Source: a virus
DNA length: 64,000 nucleotides
Reading direction: 5' to 3' (one strand)
Virus record (IMG/VR): IMGVR_UViG_3300042519_001698
The notes beneath the pieces are model-generated. The model was not told where the DNA came from, made no database searches, and saw only the letters and a list, made by a program, of their open reading frames with translations. The position numbers and the translations under genes were made by a program. Every line of letters begins with the position of its first letter. Within the stretch, counting starts at the first letter, position 1. Of the stretch, positions 59,057 to 64,000 are shown piece after piece.

Positions 59057-62000
59057 TTTTTATAATAGTTTAAATTAGATGGGTCTAAGAATGGTTTATT
59101 AACAAAAATCTTGTTTAGAATTTTACCTTCAGCATCATCAAGTAATTCGTCTTGTTCTTCAATTTCATATCTAATTGGTATTTCTTTAGCAAATTTTGGA
59201 GCCGTTAAAATATCATACCCAAATTCTTCATATTGTGGTGTTGTTGTAATTTTTATTACGGTATCAAAATATAACTCTATTTGATCAAAGTATGTTGTTG
59301 AACTTTCTGGTAATTCAACTGAGAATACACCATTATAAGTTTCATTTGACTTATTATATTCATCTAAAAATTTACTCTTTTCGTCTTTAACTAAGTAGTG
59401 AACAATTTCAACTAATTGATCATTTGTTATAATGATATTTTCGGCAATTGAAGTTCCTTCGATTGCTTCAATATTATCTGTGGCCTCTTTAAAGAAGTTC
59501 ACCATTTCATAATATTTTGAATAGAACTCATATGACGATACAAAGTTTTTTAATTTTGCGTACTTATATTTTGCATCAGATATTTGTCCGTCATGTGCAC
59601 CTAATGGGTTACCGTTTGGTAATAAAGTACTTTCTGATGTCATGATAAAATTAAGTTTATCAATAATTTCAATAATTTTATCTCTTTTTTCGGTTAACCC
59701 CTTATCAACATATCCTTCGTCTATAATATTATTTAGTTTAGTTTTTATTAATTCAGGTAAAAAAGATTGTAGTGTTCCTTCTGATGCTTCATTCCATTGA
59801 GGGTCTTTCATTTGATCTAAATAAAAATTAAAAACAACTTCAGTTAAATTAGTATTTTTTAATTTATCAATAAACTTAGGAATAAAAATATTCATTAATG
59901 TAGACCTTTCTTTACCCTTATCAGGAATACCTAAAACTTTTAAATTAATAGTATCTCCACTTGTTGGTCCAGTTTGTACCTTTAGTATGTTATTTTTTCT
60001 ATAGTTATGTGAAAAATATAAATCAATAAAATTTTTACTGTACTGATTGTACTTATTTTGATACTCAATCTTGTATGTAATTAAATAGGATTTCATTTCA
60101 TCATTTAATTCAGATATGATATCGGTATAATCCATAAATTTATCACTTACTCTTCCAATGTATTTACCATCAACAACGTCAATTATACCAGCATTTAAAT
60201 CGTTAATTAATTCAAACTCAGGTTTTTTAGTTAATTTCTCAATAAATTCCTTAGTAAAATCTTCAGCCCTTTTTCCGTTAATAATTGTGTTAGTAGCTTC
60301 AGATCTTTCGTCATATATTTCGGTGTTTGCAAAGAAATTTGACGATAAAGCATTTTGTAATTTATTAACAGGTGTTTCCAATCCTTGTCCACCAATGAAA
60401 CTAAGTTGTAATGTAACACTCGCAATCATTGGTTGCATACCAATTCCTTCGGGATTCATATCCCAAGGACTATCATCATAACTAATATTAATATCTTTTA
60501 TGATAACTTTAGAATGATAAAAATCCCCAATTCTTAAAACACAAATTGGTGGTGGACCAAAAGTTGTATTTCTAGCGGTCTTATCTAATTTATTATTTAT
60601 GATTGGTATTGTATCTCCAGGTCTTAAACATTGTAATAAGAATGTTAATCGACTATTCAATCCCTCGGGTGTTGTTGAGTGGAAAGCCGGATGGAAATAT
60701 TTTAATTTTTCTCTTAGTGATGAAAATTGTAACGGAGAATCTTCTTCCAATTTTTTAAAATAATGACACTCTGATAAAGTTTTCATTATTATTCTTTTCA
60801 TCACATCAATAGTTGGTTTATTTGGTGGTCTACCTCCAACTGTTTTCTTATCAGGACTAACTTTTAATCTAGGAACTTTAACTGTTTGTCCTTCTATTTT
60901 TTTAGTTGTTTTGTTTTTATATTCAATCTGAACTTCAGCACTTCTACAATAAAACGCGATAGGTGCATGGTCTTTTAATCCTGTTTTTGTTTTAATTTCT
61001 TTTTTACAATCAATATTACCAACTCCATTAAAATTTGGTACGTCGGAACTTTCTCCCTCGGTTGCAATTTCAATAATAAATTTACCCTCAATATCGTATC
61101 CTAAATCTTTGAAATTAATTGAAAATATATCTCTTACACCTTTATCGGCTTCGGGTGCTAATTGTTCATCTGTATACCAAGTGATTATCTTTTCATCAAA
61201 TTGGTCTAATCCACTAATCTTATTAAGAAAATCAACAAGAATACTATATGATCTTCTAACACCTAAATAAAAATTATATTTATCGGTTGCAACTTCAGAT
61301 GTTGATGCGTTTATCGTTACTTTAACTTCATTACTAACAGTCTTACCTGAAAGATTATTTTTTAATTCTGTAACAAACGTGGTATAATCTGTGTAACTTT
61401 TTTCTAAAGCGGTAAATCCATCTTCAGCTTGTTTTACAACTTGTTTAGCGTTGTCGATAGTTATTTCCACTCCAGTTTTATTTACCTTATCAAAAATAAC
61501 TTGTTGGTCATGTATTTGATTTTTTGTTGTACCGGTTATTAATCCACTTGTAGTTGTACTACCAGTTAACTCCTCACTTAATTCACTTATAAATTGACTT
61601 TTTTTAGAAATATATTCGGTGTAAATATTACCAAATTGTTCCGCCGTTTTTCCTTGTTGTGATGTTTTTTGTGGTCTATCGTTTTGAAAAAATAGTCTTG
61701 ATGTTAATTTTTTAGGTTCCTCACTTTCTTCAGTTTTTCCAGGGATTTCTTCTGGAACTTGTTCACTTGTAAATGTTAAACTTTCAATAACTTGTGGTTC
61801 AACACCCTTGTCTAAATAAGATTGAATTAATGTAACATCTTCCCTATCTAACGTTGTATATGTTTGAATTAAATCATAAAAATCTAAATCTGTACATCCA
61901 GCAAAAAACGCATTTATATAGTTATCAGCCTCTTCATTAGACATTCCTTTAAAATGTTCTCTTACTAATAAATTTAATATACTTGGATGGTCAACAACAA

Positions 62001-63906
62001 CTTTAAATGATAGTGTACCGTTTCTTTCAGAATCTTGATACGTGTAAATTGGTTCGGGTCTACCAACGAAAGTATTTTTATCCCAGTTTGCACTATTTTG
62101 TTCTGTCACTTTTAAATCATATGGTGGAAACCACATAACCCTTCCTCCGTTATTTCCTCTTTCACAAGCCGGTAAATCGTTAACGGTAAATCCCGCTCTA
62201 TTAGATGTTTTCCATGCTAAGTTTTCAATTGAAAACATATATTTTTTAGCATAAAAATTACTTCCATATGTTGACCCTGAAACTATGTTTGTTGAACCGT
62301 CAAATGATTTTTTACCATTAGACATTGGTGCAATATTTAAATTCCATACTCTACTTGCTCCACCCATTACACTACCTTCAAACTTTCTATACATGGTAGT
62401 TGTTCTCATGGTATCAGAAAGATTCATATAAGAACGGTCTTTAGTCCAAACTCTACAATATTCTACACCAGCTTCTTCTTTGGAAAATTTCTCAATGTAT
62501 TTTATTGCAGAACCTTTTGACATAACCATGTTACCATCTTTAAATAATCTTGTTGATTGGTCAATCGCGTTAGAAACTTGATTTGACTGTTTCAACATAT
62601 CTTGTGTGTAACTTAAAATTGAATTGTCAGTAAACCCACTATATTCACTACTAGTGGAAATTGATTTTTCATATAATGTACTTTCACCACTCCACTCTTT
62701 GTTGTTTGAACCATACTTTGGTTTGTTCTGTCTATCATTTGATATCCATGTTAAATTACCAGCAATATTACCTCCTTCAGATATTGATGTGTTTCTTCTA
62801 AAAACTTCCGCAGCTTTAGGGTCAAAAAATGATGATAAATAAAAACTACTTTGTGTTGGTCTATCAAATTGGTCGTGTAAAATATTTGAAACAGAGTTAC
62901 CTCTATCGTCACCAATATAACCACTAATTTTAGGAGCCTCACTTCCTCCTGTCATTTTCTTAACTAAATTTATACCTTTACTTATTCCATTGAATAATCT
63001 AGATGTATTTTGTGACCTTGCTAATATTGTATAATCAGGACCAAATTTATTAAATGATAAATTATCAAATAATCTATTCTTCTGTCCTGAACCCATGTGT
63101 TCTAATAACAAATCAGATGGTGACCTATCCTTTCTTGGTCTTCTATTAATACCAATCATTGAACCTAAAGTTCCTGTAACATCTTGAAATATTTTACCAA
63201 CTTGAGTTTTAGCTTCAGGTCTTTCTTTTTCTTGTGTTTTATTATCTCTTGGATTTTGTGGTACACTTAAATAATCGCCAGGTATTTGTGAAAATGGTAA
63301 TTGAACTCCACCAACTAACTTTAAAAAATCAACAGCTAAACCTGGAATACTAAGTCCACTTTCGGCTGTAATTTTATAATTCGCTTCAATAAGTGGTTCT
63401 CTACCTGTTATAATATTAATTGCCGTTGTTGCATTCCCATTTAATGCGTCTAAAATTCTTGCTCTACCTGTTGTATTTTTTTCTACATTTTGTGCAATCC
63501 TTGAATAAACAGGTCCTTGTGTATTGTATTTTATATTGTTCGCAGCAAATTTAAATAATTCAGATTCATTAGTATATGTTGAACCTCCTGTTGCAATACC
63601 AACTAAATTATAATTATTACTTATAAAACTCGGATATAAATTTAAACTATTTGTTATTTGAACCGTATTAATATTTTGAATATAATTAATATTTTCTGGT
63701 GCGTATGTGTTTGTAAATGGATTACCATTTAAACTCGGATTTGTTGGTTCAACGCCACCTAACATTTTATTAGATGTTTCGGCAGTATTTTGTACCGTAT
63801 AAGACGCATTAGTAAAACTTTGAGGTCCGTTTGGTTGTTTCAAAGTCTTACCTAAAATATAGTCTCTAAACTTTTTGGTTGAATCAAAATCTAAGTTACT
63901 TGGCAT
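59053..63906 (-). CDS. Tail-tube initiator-like (gp48/gp54-type) multidomain protein with internal OmpA-like domain
   Basis: Two tube-like motif sets (W....FVGRPEPIYTY...R.GTLSF; FGPPPICVLRIGDF....IIK.INISY...W) flank YN..LG.RRS...GES...R.AEV. Confidence 0.65.
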   Translation of the reverse strand: MPSNLDFDSTKKFRDYILGKTLKQPNGPQSFTNASYTVQNTAETSNKMLGGVEPTNPSLNGNPFTNTYAPENINYIQNINTVQITNSLNLYPSFISNNYNLVGIATGGSTYTNESELFKFAANNIKYNTQGPVYSRIAQNVEKNTTGRARILDALNGNATTAINIITGREPLIEANYKITAESGLSIPGLAVDFLKLVGGVQLPFSQIPGDYLSVPQNPRDNKTQEKERPEAKTQVGKIFQDVTGTLGSMIGINRRPRKDRSPSDLLLEHMGSGQKNRLFDNLSFNKFGPDYTILARSQNTSRLFNGISKGINLVKKMTGGSEAPKISGYIGDDRGNSVSNILHDQFDRPTQSSFYLSSFFDPKAAEVFRRNTSISEGGNIAGNLTWISNDRQNKPKYGSNNKEWSGESTLYEKSISTSSEYSGFTDNSILSYTQDMLKQSNQVSNAIDQSTRLFKDGNMVMSKGSAIKYIEKFSKEEAGVEYCRVWTKDRSYMNLSDTMRTTTMYRKFEGSVMGGASRVWNLNIAPMSNGKKSFDGSTNIVSGSTYGSNFYAKKYMFSIENLAWKTSNRAGFTVNDLPACERGNNGGRVMWFPPYDLKVTEQNSANWDKNTFVGRPEPIYTYQDSERNGTLSFKVVVDHPSILNLLVREHFKGMSNEEADNYINAFFAGCTDLDFYDLIQTYTTLDREDVTLIQSYLDKGVEPQVIESLTFTSEQVPEEIPGKTEESEEPKKLTSRLFFQNDRPQKTSQQGKTAEQFGNIYTEYISKKSQFISELSEELTGSTTTSGLITGTTKNQIHDQQVIFDKVNKTGVEITIDNAKQVVKQAEDGFTALEKSYTDYTTFVTELKNNLSGKTVSNEVKVTINASTSEVATDKYNFYLGVRRSYSILVDFLNKISGLDQFDEKIITWYTDEQLAPEADKGVRDIFSINFKDLGYDIEGKFIIEIATEGESSDVPNFNGVGNIDCKKEIKTKTGLKDHAPIAFYCRSAEVQIEYKNKTTKKIEGQTVKVPRLKVSPDKKTVGGRPPNKPTIDVMKRIIMKTLSECHYFKKLEEDSPLQFSSLREKLKYFHPAFHSTTPEGLNSRLTFLLQCLRPGDTIPIINNKLDKTARNTTFGPPPICVLRIGDFYHSKVIIKDINISYDDSPWDMNPEGIGMQPMIASVTLQLSFIGGQGLETPVNKLQNALSSNFFANTEIYDERSEATNTIINGKRAEDFTKEFIEKLTKKPEFELINDLNAGIIDVVDGKYIGRVSDKFMDYTDIISELNDEMKSYLITYKIEYQNKYNQYSKNFIDLYFSHNYRKNNILKVQTGPTSGDTINLKVLGIPDKGKERSTLMNIFIPKFIDKLKNTNLTEVVFNFYLDQMKDPQWNEASEGTLQSFLPELIKTKLNNIIDEGYVDKGLTEKRDKIIEIIDKLNFIMTSESTLLPNGNPLGAHDGQISDAKYKYAKLKNFVSSYEFYSKYYEMVNFFKEATDNIEAIEGTSIAENIIITNDQLVEIVHYLVKDEKSKFLDEYNKSNETYNGVFSVELPESSTTYFDQIELYFDTVIKITTTPQYEEFGYDILTAPKFAKEIPIRYEIEEQDELLDDAEGKILNKIFVNKPFLDPSNLNYYKK

Positions 63907-63916
63907 TATTTTTATT

Positions 63917-63924
63917 TATAAATA
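63917..63924 (-). promoter_or_regulatory. TATTTATA putative late-promoter motif
   Basis: 10 nt upstream of the ATG at 63906; palindromic form. Confidence 0.55.
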
Positions 63925-63930
63925 GATATT

Positions 63931-64000
63931 TTAGTTAGTTTTTTTGAGTACTTTCTGTGTACTATCAAAACTTTTTGGTTTGTTATTAATTTTAAGTCCT
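63931..64000 (-). CDS. 3' end of an upstream gene (partial)
   Basis: Open frame GLKINNKPKSFDSTQKVLKKTN ends in TAA at 63931; identity unknown. Confidence 0.4.
   Translation of the reverse strand, partial: GLKINNKPKSFDSTQKVLKKTN

Noticed and set aside
262-63906. Stop-codon reassignment
   Set aside because: Of 43 complete genes checked, 41 end in TAA, 2 in TGA and none in TAG. However, genes tile without gaps under the standard code, so there is no evidence of recoding; low GC can explain the bias.

Overview
This AT-rich window (about 30% GC by eye) is densely coding and comes from a large T4-like contractile-tailed (myovirus/jumbo) phage. Almost all genes are on the minus strand; the exception is a two-gene ADP-heptose cassette (1765-3323). 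A Bacteroidota host is inferred from a Bacteroidota-type ClpP, SprB-like repeats, a TAnnTTTG promoter element and A-rich starts without Shine-Dalgarno sequences. Layout: membrane/lysis-like genes and clpP (0-1.7 kb); heptose kinase and epimerase; SbcC/SbcD, nucleases, primase and a RuvC-like resolvase (3.3-11 kb); a ~31 kb tail/baseplate block (11.1-42.9 kb); nrdA, nrdB, helicase, 5'-3' exonuclease, UvsX/RecA and gp32-like SSB (43-51 kb); then baseplate hub, LysM-like and tube-initiator-like genes (52.9-63.9 kb). The best candidate for an undescribed system is the tail block. It is an array of modular virion proteins built from an anchor domain, a mucin-like Thr-Pro tract, small Cys-bounded modules and host-adhesin-like domains. 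One member has a self-processing Hint (intein-like) domain sitting between two Cys-rich modules, while the neighbouring gene carries an 88%-identical copy of the first module with no Hint. Two GC-rich intergenic structured-RNA candidates stand out: an attenuator-like element before the primase and a pseudoknot-like element after nrdA. A TATTTATA motif, the reverse complement of the T4 late promoter, precedes most structural genes. All domain calls come from motif recognition by eye; no database searches were run.
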